A DNA stretch of 58,190 nt from a virus (lineage: Duplodnaviria; Caudoviricetes). The stretch covers positions 1 to 58,190 of IMG/VR virus record IMGVR_UViG_3300042934_000137; one strand, given 5' to 3'. The notes beneath the pieces are model-generated. The model was not told the DNA's origin, searched no databases, and was given only the letters and a program-made list of their open reading frames with translations. Numbering within the stretch: position 1 is the first letter of the stretch; each line of letters opens with the position of its first letter. The position numbers were made by a program, and so were the translations under genes. Positions 18,983 to 27,425 of the stretch are shown in pieces.

Positions 18983-19633
18983 CTAGAAGTTCTTGAGGAA
19001 CTCAGACGCCGACATCCCAGGCTTGATGTTGTTGGCGTTCTTAAGCTGAGAAAATGCGGTCTTGCCCGCCTTGAGGATAGCCTTGTCGACACCACTTCGA
19101 TGCGCCCACATGGCACCACCTGCAATCATCGCTGCAGCCGCGGAAGCGTATTGTGGGTTTCCTCGAACGTAGTGACTGATGCCGCGAGTGGTCTTGGCAG
19201 CGCTACCGGCGACGTTCTTCCGCTTCCGCTCTCGCTTGGCTTTAGACGCGTGAACCGCCATGTCCTGTTTTGCGAGATGGTGATCGAAAGCCCTCTTGTA
19301 GTTCGGGTCCTTCTTGCTCAGCGTCTCGACCTTAGCCTTGATCAGCTTTCGACGAGTGCCGGCGCCATCTCCGTAGAACATCTTAGCTCGAGCGAATTCG
19401 CGAGCATCCTTCAGAGCGGCCTTGTTGGTGCCTCGAGAAACACCTTCGGGACGATCCTTTCGGACGCCCCACTTCATGCCCTTGACGCCGAAGTGCTCGA
19501 TAACATCTTCGGAGAAATCGGAGACGTCCAACGCAGTGAATCCAGCAGCTTCGCTGCGCCGCTTAAGATCATACTCAAGCTCTTCTCTCGACGAATATGC
19601 CGAAGGAATTATCATACCAGGAGTTCTAGTCAT
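18983..19633 (-). CDS. HxGVKGMKWG-tagged basic protein
   Basis: EDVIEH-FGVKGMKWGVRKD then a Lys/Arg-rich helical region and a hydrophobic C-terminal helix. Confidence 0.75.
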   Translation of the reverse strand: MTRTPGMIIPSAYSSREELEYDLKRRSEAAGFTALDVSDFSEDVIEHFGVKGMKWGVRKDRPEGVSRGTNKAALKDAREFARAKMFYGDGAGTRRKLIKAKVETLSKKDPNYKRAFDHHLAKQDMAVHASKAKRERKRKNVAGSAAKTTRGISHYVRGNPQYASAAAAMIAGGAMWAHRSGVDKAILKAGKTAFSQLKNANNIKPGMSASEFLKNF

Positions 19634-20366
19634 GCTTCACCTCTTCTCTGAATGGAGTATCGTTGAGTCCCAGTTCTCGGTGGAGGGTTTCTCCCCACAC
19701 CGTCACAAAACTAGGCGGGTTTGAACTCCAATGGTACTGAGAAAATAGCTCAGCTTCAACCTCTTCTCGCATTCCGGATGTCGCTGCATAATCCGAAACC
19801 TTAGACGAGAAAAGATGGCTAGGTATTCCATCTCTTTGTGCCGCTTTAATCGCCGCTTTAATTGCTTTATCCCGGGCCTTGATGTTTCCGCCGACAATTC
19901 TCGGACCAGCGAACCCTGTTTTCACTTTTTGTTCGGCATGAAAAATGGCATGTGCCGATTCATGAGTAAGGAAAGCTCGGACGTTACCACAATCTTTCCC
20001 GAACCAACCAATGTCTTCGCCGTGTTTTAGTTGCTTTCGGACGTCGGTATGGGCTGTGTAAATAACGCCCTCACGCCGTCCTGGCGTACCCTGTACAAAA
20101 CCGATTGTACCCGTGCCATACTCCGGGTGCCCTGGTTCTATAGATTTGAGTGCGCTGATTTTAAAACCGTACCTCTCGCCGATCAGAGAAGCTACTTCTT
20201 TACCGGCACTTTTTGTCGATTGCGGTAGCGTCGAATCGATCGTTGGTCCTGGTCCTTGGAGTCGGTATACACCGTCTTCTTGATCCTTTCGGACGCCCCA
20301 CTTCATGCCTTTGACGCCGTAGTGAAGAAGCTCTTCGGGCGACGCAGGCTTCTTCAAATACGTCAT
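19626..20366 (-). CDS. HxGVKGMKWG-tagged zincin-like metallopeptidase
   Basis: EELLH-YGVKGMKWG; HExxH (THESAH) with downstream S.YA...E..AE.F third-ligand pattern. Confidence 0.7.
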   Translation of the reverse strand: MTYLKKPASPEELLHYGVKGMKWGVRKDQEDGVYRLQGPGPTIDSTLPQSTKSAGKEVASLIGERYGFKISALKSIEPGHPEYGTGTIGFVQGTPGRREGVIYTAHTDVRKQLKHGEDIGWFGKDCGNVRAFLTHESAHAIFHAEQKVKTGFAGPRIVGGNIKARDKAIKAAIKAAQRDGIPSHLFSSKVSDYAATSGMREEVEAELFSQYHWSSNPPSFVTVWGETLHRELGLNDTPFREEVKHD

Positions 20367-22105
20367 TCGAAGGCCTCCTTGTGTGCCTTGTATGCGACGT
20401 AAGCGTCCATCATTGCGGCGACGTTATCGATCTTTTCGTCATAGCGCTTCTTCAGGAGCTTTCTGTTTCCGTTCGTGTCTTCCATAGTAATGGCGTTACC
20501 CATTGCGAAAGACATCAACCCTTGGTCGAATCGGAGCAGGCGTTCTTCACTAAGAATCTTCAGTTCTCCGAGAGGAACAGATTCCGTCTTAGAACCCTGA
20601 ATAACCTTCTCGATACCGAAAGGCCCGTTCTCTTGACCCCAACGTGTAACGAATTCTTTTGCGTTGTATGGATCGTAACCAAGAGAACGAACGTCGTATC
20701 CACGCTCCTGAATATGCTGATCGAGATCTTCGTAGACCTCCATCATGTCGAGAACGGTGCCCTCAATGATATGAAGACTTCCTTCTCTGATGAACTCGTC
20801 GTACTTGGCACGCATAGCTCCGGGAAGCTTCTTCAACGTGAGTGACGTAATATAGCTTCGAGTCTTGACACCGAAACCTCGTCGCAAAGGGAAGAGGAAT
20901 GTGAAAGCACAGAAGTCGTCACCCTGCGAGAGGTCGGCGCCCAAAGCACAAGGCATGTCATCAAAGTTCTGACGACGGTGAGGAAGCGTCTCTTCGTAGG
21001 TAAAGAAGTAGGTGTAGCCCTCCATCGGAATGCCGAACCGCTTAGCGAGAATATCGTTCCTTGCGGCCGGGGCCTTCTCGGCTCGTTCGACGTCGAGCTG
21101 GTAGGTCTCATAACTAACAGTGAGACCAAGATTTGGGTTTGCCTTTACCCACATCGCTGGATTGGCGACTTCTTCCAGATCATCCAATTTGTAATGGAAA
21201 ATAGAGATGTGTGGGGCTATGTACTCGCCCTTTAGGATCTCCATCAACTCCATCTTGATAGTGTCGCCGCTGCCGTTACGAACAGTTCCTTCCGAGCTAA
21301 CCGCGAGAATCATGTAATCCTCGAGCTTGGAAGCACCCTGCTCTACGGCGCCAATGACATCCTCTCGGAGGTCTCCGGAAAGCCACTCATCAATAGTGTT
21401 GCATTTGGTTCTAAGGCCCTGCAACTTAGTGATCGCCATAGGACGAATCTCGAGCAGAGAGTTCGTAAGAAAGTTCTCAATGCCCTTCTTCGTTGGGATC
21501 AGCTTCTGTCGAAGAGCTCTGGCGCCCGTGGTGTTCTGAAGGGATCCCTCAGTCAAGAATTTAAACAAGGGGCCACGGGCTCGAGCGATCGCAGTCCGGA
21601 TGGGACTCATGATCTCTTCAGCCTGCTTCATCGTTGGAGCAGTTGTGATCTGGTGCGTTGTCGACGTATCAATCGTCAGAATATAGGCCTGTACGAGAGA
21701 CTCATACAAGGACTTGGCTGCACCTCTAGCGACGATGAGATACTGCTTCTTAGTTAGACGAACCTTGATAGTCTTGGTGACGAAATGACCCTCACCACCA
21801 GTGGTCGACGGTATGTAGACCTGTCTATCAATGAAGTAGTACCAACCAAATAACTGTTCGCCCCAAAGCTTGAAGGACGGAAGCAACGTCAAGTCACTAC
21901 CATCCGTCAACGTCATCTCAGACTCGCAGAAAAGGATCCAGCCTTCTACCGGTCCAGGATCGTAGTAAATGTTCGGGTTGGCGATGAGCTGATCGATGCG
22001 ATTCATCTCCATCGCGATCTCCCGATTCACAGGAATATCGCCCCGAAGCACAGCCTCGCGGAACTGCCCGTAATACCTGGGTGTTGCCGTGTTCGACAAG
22101 CCCAT
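20363..22105 (-). CDS. terL: Terminase large subunit
   Basis: Start MGLSNTATP; Walker A variant VARGAAKS, Walker B TIDE, nuclease GADLS...D and KIDNVAA. Confidence 0.93.
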   Translation of the reverse strand: MGLSNTATPRYYGQFREAVLRGDIPVNREIAMEMNRIDQLIANPNIYYDPGPVEGWILFCESEMTLTDGSDLTLLPSFKLWGEQLFGWYYFIDRQVYIPSTTGGEGHFVTKTIKVRLTKKQYLIVARGAAKSLYESLVQAYILTIDTSTTHQITTAPTMKQAEEIMSPIRTAIARARGPLFKFLTEGSLQNTTGARALRQKLIPTKKGIENFLTNSLLEIRPMAITKLQGLRTKCNTIDEWLSGDLREDVIGAVEQGASKLEDYMILAVSSEGTVRNGSGDTIKMELMEILKGEYIAPHISIFHYKLDDLEEVANPAMWVKANPNLGLTVSYETYQLDVERAEKAPAARNDILAKRFGIPMEGYTYFFTYEETLPHRRQNFDDMPCALGADLSQGDDFCAFTFLFPLRRGFGVKTRSYITSLTLKKLPGAMRAKYDEFIREGSLHIIEGTVLDMMEVYEDLDQHIQERGYDVRSLGYDPYNAKEFVTRWGQENGPFGIEKVIQGSKTESVPLGELKILSEERLLRFDQGLMSFAMGNAITMEDTNGNRKLLKKRYDEKIDNVAAMMDAYVAYKAHKEAFE

Positions 22106-22121
22106 CACCAACCTCCTTTCA

Positions 22122-23081
22122 TCAACTACCGATAGCCTTGCGAGAGACGTCAATGACGTTCCTCGAGACGTACGCGTTCGTTCGGAATGGACCGCTGTTG
22201 TTCATCTTGGCGTTGACTGCAGCACCGAGAATGAGAGGGACCGCAATCTTTCCGACTTCGCCCAAAATCTTGAGCGCTGCCATTCGCTTTTCAGATCGCC
22301 GCTTGGCATCTTCGTTGATGACGTCACGAAGCTTCTTCTCCAACTCGAGGCGCTTGCGCATCTCCTCCAGTCGCTTGCTGGACATCTTGTGTAGACCGCC
22401 GGCCTTGTTGATGGCCTGTTGGTATTCCGACTGAGTCTTGTTGGTCTTGTAGCTGAGTTTCTCAGCTCGGTTCAACATCTCAGGCTTGTTGATCCCAATA
22501 CGACCGTCTGGATCCCTTCGGATTCCCCACTTCATGCCCTTGACGCCATAGTGAGCGAGCTCGCTCATTCTCACCTCCTCCGAGTAATATCGTTCCTTGA
22601 GTCGAAACTCGGTGCCCTCGTAATCGCCGGTCCAGAGAGCGATGCGATCGAAGGTCACCCAAGAAATATTGCGCGTCCAGTCGTCCTTTGTCACGAGAGG
22701 TTTAGCCGGAGTTTCCGGGTACCCCAGCGTGAGATGTGGAGTCCATGACGGGTACTGCTCTATCGAGTGGTAAGCCCGGAAAATGTTCGGATCTTGGAGG
22801 AGGTATGCTCGAGCTTCCTCCATCATCCGAGTGTCTCGCTGCTTGAAGAACACGACATCCGCGCGCTTCTCGCCTAGTAAACCACGTCGATCGACTTCTA
22901 GGCCGAACTGATAGAGCGAGGTGTTGGTGACGTGTTGCAGGTAGCTCGTGATCCGTCCCAGCTCGTCGATGTCGCTCACATCCCCGAGGAATAAGAGCGT
23001 CAGATGAGGGACCTTCTCGCTTGAGATCTGCCAGACGTAGTCTTCCTCAGAAGGAATGGCTACGATGGCGACTCCAGTCAC
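22122..23081 (-). CDS. 2H phosphoesterase fused to an HYGVKGMKWG-tagged module
   Basis: Two HxT motifs (VPHLTL, TPHLTL); probable nested start MSELAH-YGVKG at 22568 with GGAGG RBS. Confidence 0.8.
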   Translation of the reverse strand: MTGVAIVAIPSEEDYVWQISSEKVPHLTLLFLGDVSDIDELGRITSYLQHVTNTSLYQFGLEVDRRGLLGEKRADVVFFKQRDTRMMEEARAYLLQDPNIFRAYHSIEQYPSWTPHLTLGYPETPAKPLVTKDDWTRNISWVTFDRIALWTGDYEGTEFRLKERYYSEEVRMSELAHYGVKGMKWGIRRDPDGRIGINKPEMLNRAEKLSYKTNKTQSEYQQAINKAGGLHKMSSKRLEEMRKRLELEKKLRDVINEDAKRRSEKRMAALKILGEVGKIAVPLILGAAVNAKMNNSGPFRTNAYVSRNVIDVSRKAIGS

Positions 23082-23482
23082 CAGACACCCCCGATGGGCT
23101 CTTCGACCACCACGACAGGTGGATTAGGGTTGACCCAATCCACACTCTCTCGTTGCACACTGATACGCCACTCGAGCTGTTCAGCTTGCTTGTTCATGGC
23201 TTCGAGATGAAATGACGTCTGTGGTGGATCGAAGATCATGCGAACCTTGAGGAAGACGTACTGTTTGACGAAGTTCATCTTCAGGTCATCGCCGAGGTAG
23301 GTGTCCCACGTAGTCGTGTCATCCTCGATCATGAACCCTGCCTCGGGACCGACCCCCAGCTGTGTCAACGTTGCGAACACGGAATTGATGTGAAACACAA
23401 TGTCCGTGTCGAACGCCTTGTAGCTTGGGTCGATACTAAGGACCTTCTTTATGCTGTTTAGAATGCTGTCCACGTGGGACAC
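23078..23482 (-). CDS. Head-to-tail adaptor
   Basis: SILNSIKKVL...FDTDI..HINS...LTQLGVG...FDPP, gp6/gp15-like helical connector pattern. Confidence 0.65.
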   Translation of the reverse strand: MSHVDSILNSIKKVLSIDPSYKAFDTDIVFHINSVFATLTQLGVGPEAGFMIEDDTTTWDTYLGDDLKMNFVKQYVFLKVRMIFDPPQTSFHLEAMNKQAEQLEWRISVQRESVDWVNPNPPVVVVEEPIGGVW

Positions 23483-23505
23483 CTCCTCTCATTTTGACGG
23501 GTTGG

Positions 23506-24258
23506 TTACTGGTAGCCGTACGCCCGCATCTTGGCGAAGGTCAGCGGGCCGACCTCACCGTCCTGCTTCAGACCCGTCCGCTCCTGGAACTCCTTGACCC
23601 AGGCGGTGGTCTGAGGGCCGAAGTTTCCATCGACCGAGATGACTTGACCTCGCTTGACGGACACCGAGTTCCGGTACCCCGGGAAGTTCCGACGGAAGAA
23701 GTCCTGGATCTTCCGAGGAACGGCGCCAGAGTCGCCCTCCTTGTAGACCTTCTCGGCCGGAGGAGTCGGCTTCGCCGGAGGCTTGGGTGCGGCCGGCTTG
23801 CCGAGCTCGCCCAGGTGGTAGTTCACGCCGGTGGCGGAGTCCGCGGCCTGGGTGAAGTCGGAGTTCACGTGCATGTGCTGCGTGTGAAGGTTCTTACCGG
23901 TGTAGCTCCGGGTCTTGAAGCCATCCGACTTGTGCCAGATCCGCTTGTTGAAGATGATGTAGCGCAGGTGCGGAAGGCGACCTGCACGAGCCAGCTTCAC
24001 CAGGTGCTGGACGACCATCTCCATGGTCACGCCGCCGGCGTCCTTGAGGTCGGCGTCGAAGTCGCGAGCACGAACCTCGTCCTTGCTGTCTCCGTCGCGG
24101 TGTTCCGGGTTCCCGGTCTTGTCCGGGTTGTGGCTGGACGAACTGGCCTTGTGGCTGGTGTCGCCGATCGAGCCGTCGCTGGCCTTGTCGCGCTTCGGGA
24201 AGCGCTTGTTCATCTGGTCGCGGAGCTCTTCCAGGTTTGGAACGACAACCCACGCCAT
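23506..24258 (-). CDS. Endolysin: Zn-peptidase plus C-terminal peptidoglycan-binding domain
   Basis: SSHNP...ARDF...HMHVN LAS-type motif; Pro-rich linker; DGNFGPQT..WVKEFQ...L..DGEVGP.T binding domain. Confidence 0.85.
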   Translation of the reverse strand: MAWVVVPNLEELRDQMNKRFPKRDKASDGSIGDTSHKASSSSHNPDKTGNPEHRDGDSKDEVRARDFDADLKDAGGVTMEMVVQHLVKLARAGRLPHLRYIIFNKRIWHKSDGFKTRSYTGKNLHTQHMHVNSDFTQAADSATGVNYHLGELGKPAAPKPPAKPTPPAEKVYKEGDSGAVPRKIQDFFRRNFPGYRNSVSVKRGQVISVDGNFGPQTTAWVKEFQERTGLKQDGEVGPLTFAKMRAYGYQ

Positions 24259-24518
24259 CAGTTGTTCACCTCCACGGAACCGCTCGGCCAGTCAGTCTGG
24301 CTGTCATCGTGCCACGGGTCGTCGATGACATCGCCGAGGTGCTGCTCCGGGTCTTCGTCCACCTCGTGGGCGGGCGAAGAGTTCACCGGGGCTGCAGCCA
24401 GCTCCTTGTCGGGAGAAGCATCTACCGGCTTCGCGGCCGGCTCGTCGGCCTTGGGGGCCGGGGTCGGGGTGGTGTTGGTCGGCTTGTTGGTGACCTTCTT
24501 GCTACCACTTTGGGGCAT
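24258..24518 (-). CDS. Hypothetical Pro/acidic protein
   Basis: 86 aa, AGGAGG RBS, coupled to the endolysin. Confidence 0.6.
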   Translation of the reverse strand: MPQSGSKKVTNKPTNTTPTPAPKADEPAAKPVDASPDKELAAAPVNSSPAHEVDEDPEQHLGDVIDDPWHDDSQTDWPSGSVEVNN

Positions 24519-24630
24519 CCCTAATCCTCCTTATGGATCTTGGGCAAAAAGTGACAGTCCTTGTATCGCAAGAATTGGATCTTGAGGCAAAAAGTAACAG
24601 CCCATGTATCGCAAAACTTGCAAGCACTGT

Positions 24631-25329
24631 CTACCGGCCTTCCTGGTCTCCCATTTTGGCCGGAGCATCGAAGTCCTGGAACGTGTTGGGCGCGATCGCC
24701 TTCAACTGAGCCAGAACGAGTTGAGCCACCTGACGGAACTCCTCGTCCGCGGTAGGAGAGAGCCGCTTCCAGAGCATCTCTCGCCAACAACGCATGTTGC
24801 CGGAGATGAGGATCTTGGTTTCGGTTCCGCTGACGAGTGCGTGACGAGCAGCCTGGCGGGCCTTCTTGCGTTCGGTACCCTTTCCAGCCAGGTCAGCCAT
24901 CACAGCCTCGTAAGCCTCTCGTCCAGCCTTGATGGCGAAGAGAAGCTTCTCCCGAGCATCCTTGTCGATCCCGACGAGACCGGGGTGTTCGGCGAATGCG
25001 AACGAACCGACATCGACGTAGCGCTGACTCACCTCGCTGTAACCGAAGTGACGGTGGCGAATGTGCTCGTGCGTGAAGTTGCGAGTAACGCCATCGATGT
25101 AGATCGTGGCGCTTGCGTGTTCCATGACCGAGTAGTGACCCTGATCGAGAATGTTGCCGAGGTAGCCCTCGTTGGTGGCAGTCTTCGGGTTGGGTCGAGG
25201 CCATGATTCATAGCAGAGCCGTCCGGCTTCCTCGGCCAGTTCGTCGGAATCGGTCACGAGATCATTGTGAGGGATGTAGCCCGGGATGTGACCAACGAGA
25301 GTCGTGACAGCAATCAGCTTGGCACGCAT
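24631..25329 (-). CDS. thyX: Flavin-dependent thymidylate synthase
   Basis: GHYSVMEH and RHRHFGYSEVSQRY ThyX signature. Confidence 0.93.
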   Translation of the reverse strand: MRAKLIAVTTLVGHIPGYIPHNDLVTDSDELAEEAGRLCYESWPRPNPKTATNEGYLGNILDQGHYSVMEHASATIYIDGVTRNFTHEHIRHRHFGYSEVSQRYVDVGSFAFAEHPGLVGIDKDAREKLLFAIKAGREAYEAVMADLAGKGTERKKARQAARHALVSGTETKILISGNMRCWREMLWKRLSPTADEEFRQVAQLVLAQLKAIAPNTFQDFDAPAKMGDQEGR

Positions 25330-25340
25330 AGAGAGGGGTC

Positions 25341-25832
25341 CTACTTTCGATGTGACGGCGTTACGCCGTTCTGTCCTTGATAGTGGTTCCCGTTACCCGG
25401 TCCGTAGAGAACGTCGGTCGGCTCGTCCAGGTGCATAAAATAGACCTGTCCGATAGGCTCGCCGATGACTAGACGAATCGCGTCTTTGTGATGCAAGTTC
25501 TTCAGCTCGAGAGTGATGTTGCCGAAGAAGCCAGGGTCAATAAGTCCCGCGGCTTCAATCTGCAAACCTTCTCTTGCGTGAGTACTCTTACCCACCACAA
25601 ACCCAACGAGAAAATCAGGCATGGCAAACGTCTCGATCGTCCCGCCCAAGCAGAACTCTCCGGGGCTGAGAAAAACGGCGTCGTCGTTGTAGGGAATGTC
25701 GTGTAGCACCATCTGCGAGAGATGAAGGTCGATTGAGACCGGCTCAATCTTCAGAGGCTTGTCGTCTTGACGACGAACCAAATTTCTTGTGCGGCAGAGT
25801 CGCTCAAGAGTCTGCCTACTAAGGATTGACAT
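25341..25832 (-). CDS. dcd: dCTP deaminase (trimeric dUTPase superfamily)
   Basis: P.SIDLHL, GKSTHAREGL, AGLIDPGFFGNITLE and YQGQ motifs. Confidence 0.85.
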   Translation of the reverse strand: MSILSRQTLERLCRTRNLVRRQDDKPLKIEPVSIDLHLSQMVLHDIPYNDDAVFLSPGEFCLGGTIETFAMPDFLVGFVVGKSTHAREGLQIEAAGLIDPGFFGNITLELKNLHHKDAIRLVIGEPIGQVYFMHLDEPTDVLYGPGNGNHYQGQNGVTPSHRK

Positions 25833-25835
25833 CGC

Positions 25836-26258
25836 TCACCAGAGTTTTGTATCGCCAGGCCTGCGTTCGACGAGTTGCTTGGGTAGGAGTCTCTCGTCGC
25901 CGTAGTGGATGGCATTGTGGGTTAGATGGGTGGTAGTGATCAGGAACTCGGGGTTGAGGATATGAGAGCCTCCGCCGAGGATGTCATCAGGAACCATCGG
26001 GTTCATGTGATGAATCGTGAGTCGACTGTGGATCTCGTAACCTTCGATGCCGAGATCACACCCATTGTCTCGGATGATGATCTCGTGTCGGATGTCTTTC
26101 CACTGCTTCGATCGGTAAAATGCCTGATTGATGTAGCGGTCGAATCCGAAGGTTGCGTCACCCACAACCCCACGGAGTTTGAGATACTCGAAACGCTCTT
26201 GAAGGGTGTCGAGTCGACTCAGTTCCGAATAAGTCCTAATCCTCGTCGTAGTAGTCAT
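25836..26258 (-). CDS. HNH endonuclease (packaging-associated)
   Basis: FYRS..W...R..IIIRDNGC...IHHMNP...LI.T...THNAIH; start MTTTTRIRTY. Confidence 0.85.
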   Translation of the reverse strand: MTTTTRIRTYSELSRLDTLQERFEYLKLRGVVGDATFGFDRYINQAFYRSKQWKDIRHEIIIRDNGCDLGIEGYEIHSRLTIHHMNPMVPDDILGGGSHILNPEFLITTTHLTHNAIHYGDERLLPKQLVERRPGDTKLW

Positions 26259-26592
26259 GCGATTCCTCCGGTTCGTGCCCGGCATAGGATCGCATCGCGG
26301 CGATGGCGCCTTCGTACAGCGCTTCGACTCGGTGAGCTGCTTCGAGAGCTTCACGCTTGGCATCGAGAAGAAGGTTCTCCTTGGCCAGGCGTTCTTGCTC
26401 GAGCTTCTCTCGCGAGGATCCCAGCTTGAGGTAGTGAGAAATTACCTGAGACGAAGCCGTCCCGTTTCGCATCTGTGTTTCGGCGAGATCGGTGGCTAGA
26501 GCGATCAGTTGGTTCTCTCGTGCCTCAGGAGTCGTTGCCGGCGGGCGCCTGCTGGGCGGTTCTACCGGCTCGGATCTGCGGCGGCCTGCCAA
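26236..26592 (-). CDS. Putative terminase small subunit
   Basis: 118 aa helical, TTG start with AAAGGAG RBS; near the putative cos site and overlapping the HNH gene; function from position only. Confidence 0.5.
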   Translation of the reverse strand: MAGRRRSEPVEPPSRRPPATTPEARENQLIALATDLAETQMRNGTASSQVISHYLKLGSSREKLEQERLAKENLLLDAKREALEAAHRVEALYEGAIAAMRSYAGHEPEESHDYYDED

Positions 26593-26628
26593 AGCTTCAA
26601 CTCCTTTCAGATTATAGGGTTAGGGGGT

Positions 26629-26670
26629 GGGTGCCCCACGACCAAGGGGAAGTGTAGTCGTGGGGCACCC
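26629..26670. terminator. Perfect 14-bp hairpin after the head fiber gene
   Basis: GGGTGCCCCACGAC / GTCGTGGGGCACCC. Confidence 0.6.
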
Positions 26671-26691
26671 GCTGTCGCCGACGGTAATACG

Positions 26692-26928
26692 TCAGCTGGT
26701 ACGCATGAGACCCGCGGTACGCAGCTTGGCGAGCAGCGCGTTGAAGTCAGCCTTCAGCCCGGTGACGTCGGTCGCGGTGGAATCAGCCTGCGGCGCCGCG
26801 GGAGTGGCCAGCGGAACGAGCGGAGTGACCCCGTCGGCCTTGAACAGGGCGAGCTGAAGGGGGAGAGTGTTGGGAACAGACGCGGACGAGTTGACCACGA
26901 CCGCCTTCGTGACGCTTCCTTGGGACAT
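26692..26928 (-). CDS. Head fiber / decoration-like protein
   Basis: QADSTATDVTGLKADFNALLAKLRTAGLM head-fiber trimerization motif. Confidence 0.7.
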   Translation of the reverse strand: MSQGSVTKAVVVNSSASVPNTLPLQLALFKADGVTPLVPLATPAAPQADSTATDVTGLKADFNALLAKLRTAGLMRTS

Positions 26929-27095
26929 TGCTTACCTCCGGTGAGACTTCCGAGTGGTTTGGGAGTAGTTTGTAACAAGAAGGTCTTTGATCCAGGCGGG
27001 TTGCTTGGTACAGTCACCAGCGTCGGCCCGGCTCTACCCGATAGCGCTCACCCTGATGCCTCCAACCAGCCCGCCGGGATCAAAGACCTTCCGCG

Positions 27096-27170
27096 AAAAT
27101 TCCCCCCGGGGAAAAAATGGGGACGGCGGCGATGCGGAGGGGGGGTTACTTTCGCGACCCCCCCTCCCCC
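27096..27170. other. Putative cos / genome-end region
   Basis: Minus-strand CGCCGCCGT (27123-27131) between a CCCCCCGGGG dyad and an 11-bp G/C inverted repeat (27136-27167), at the replication/packaging module boundary. Confidence 0.55.
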
Positions 27171-27182
27171 GTCATCGATGAC

Positions 27183-27425
27183 TCAGGAATTCACAACAAC
27201 TTTGCGGTGAACTCCTGATGCATTGATACGAACAATCTCTTCAATCGCATCTTCGAGAGCTTGATCCTGATCTGCATCAGACAAAGCTTCCGAAGTACGA
27301 ACGATCCTTGCCTGTAGTGCCAGCGTGTGGTGGCCAGCAGCTGTGTCATAGGCATACCACTCATCGAACTGAGTAGAAGGATCGAATGGATTGTCCACTG
27401 TAGTGAGCATGTGTTTGGCCATCAA
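27183..27425 (-). CDS. Hypothetical protein
   Basis: 80 aa, MLTTVDNPFDP...FDEW; overlaps the RNAP stop codon. Confidence 0.75.
   Translation of the reverse strand: MMAKHMLTTVDNPFDPSTQFDEWYAYDTAAGHHTLALQARIVRTSEALSDADQDQALEDAIEEIVRINASGVHRKVVVNS

Larger units (their letters stand above)
18227..22553 (-). repeat. Five dispersed DNA copies encoding H[YF]GVKGMKWG
   Basis: Copies at 18227-18255, 18819-18861, 19453-19495, 20282-20324 and 22525-22553; the middle three match over 43 nt with 1-3 mismatches. Confidence 0.9.

Noticed and set aside
18227-22553. Diversity-generating retroelement template/variable repeats
   Set aside because: Repeats are short, mismatches are not adenine-specific, and no reverse transcriptase is encoded
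24631-25832. DNA hypermodification pathway
   Set aside because: ThyX, Dcd and Tmk have canonical motifs, and no hydroxymethylase, glycosyltransferase, PurZ or 7-deazaguanine genes were seen
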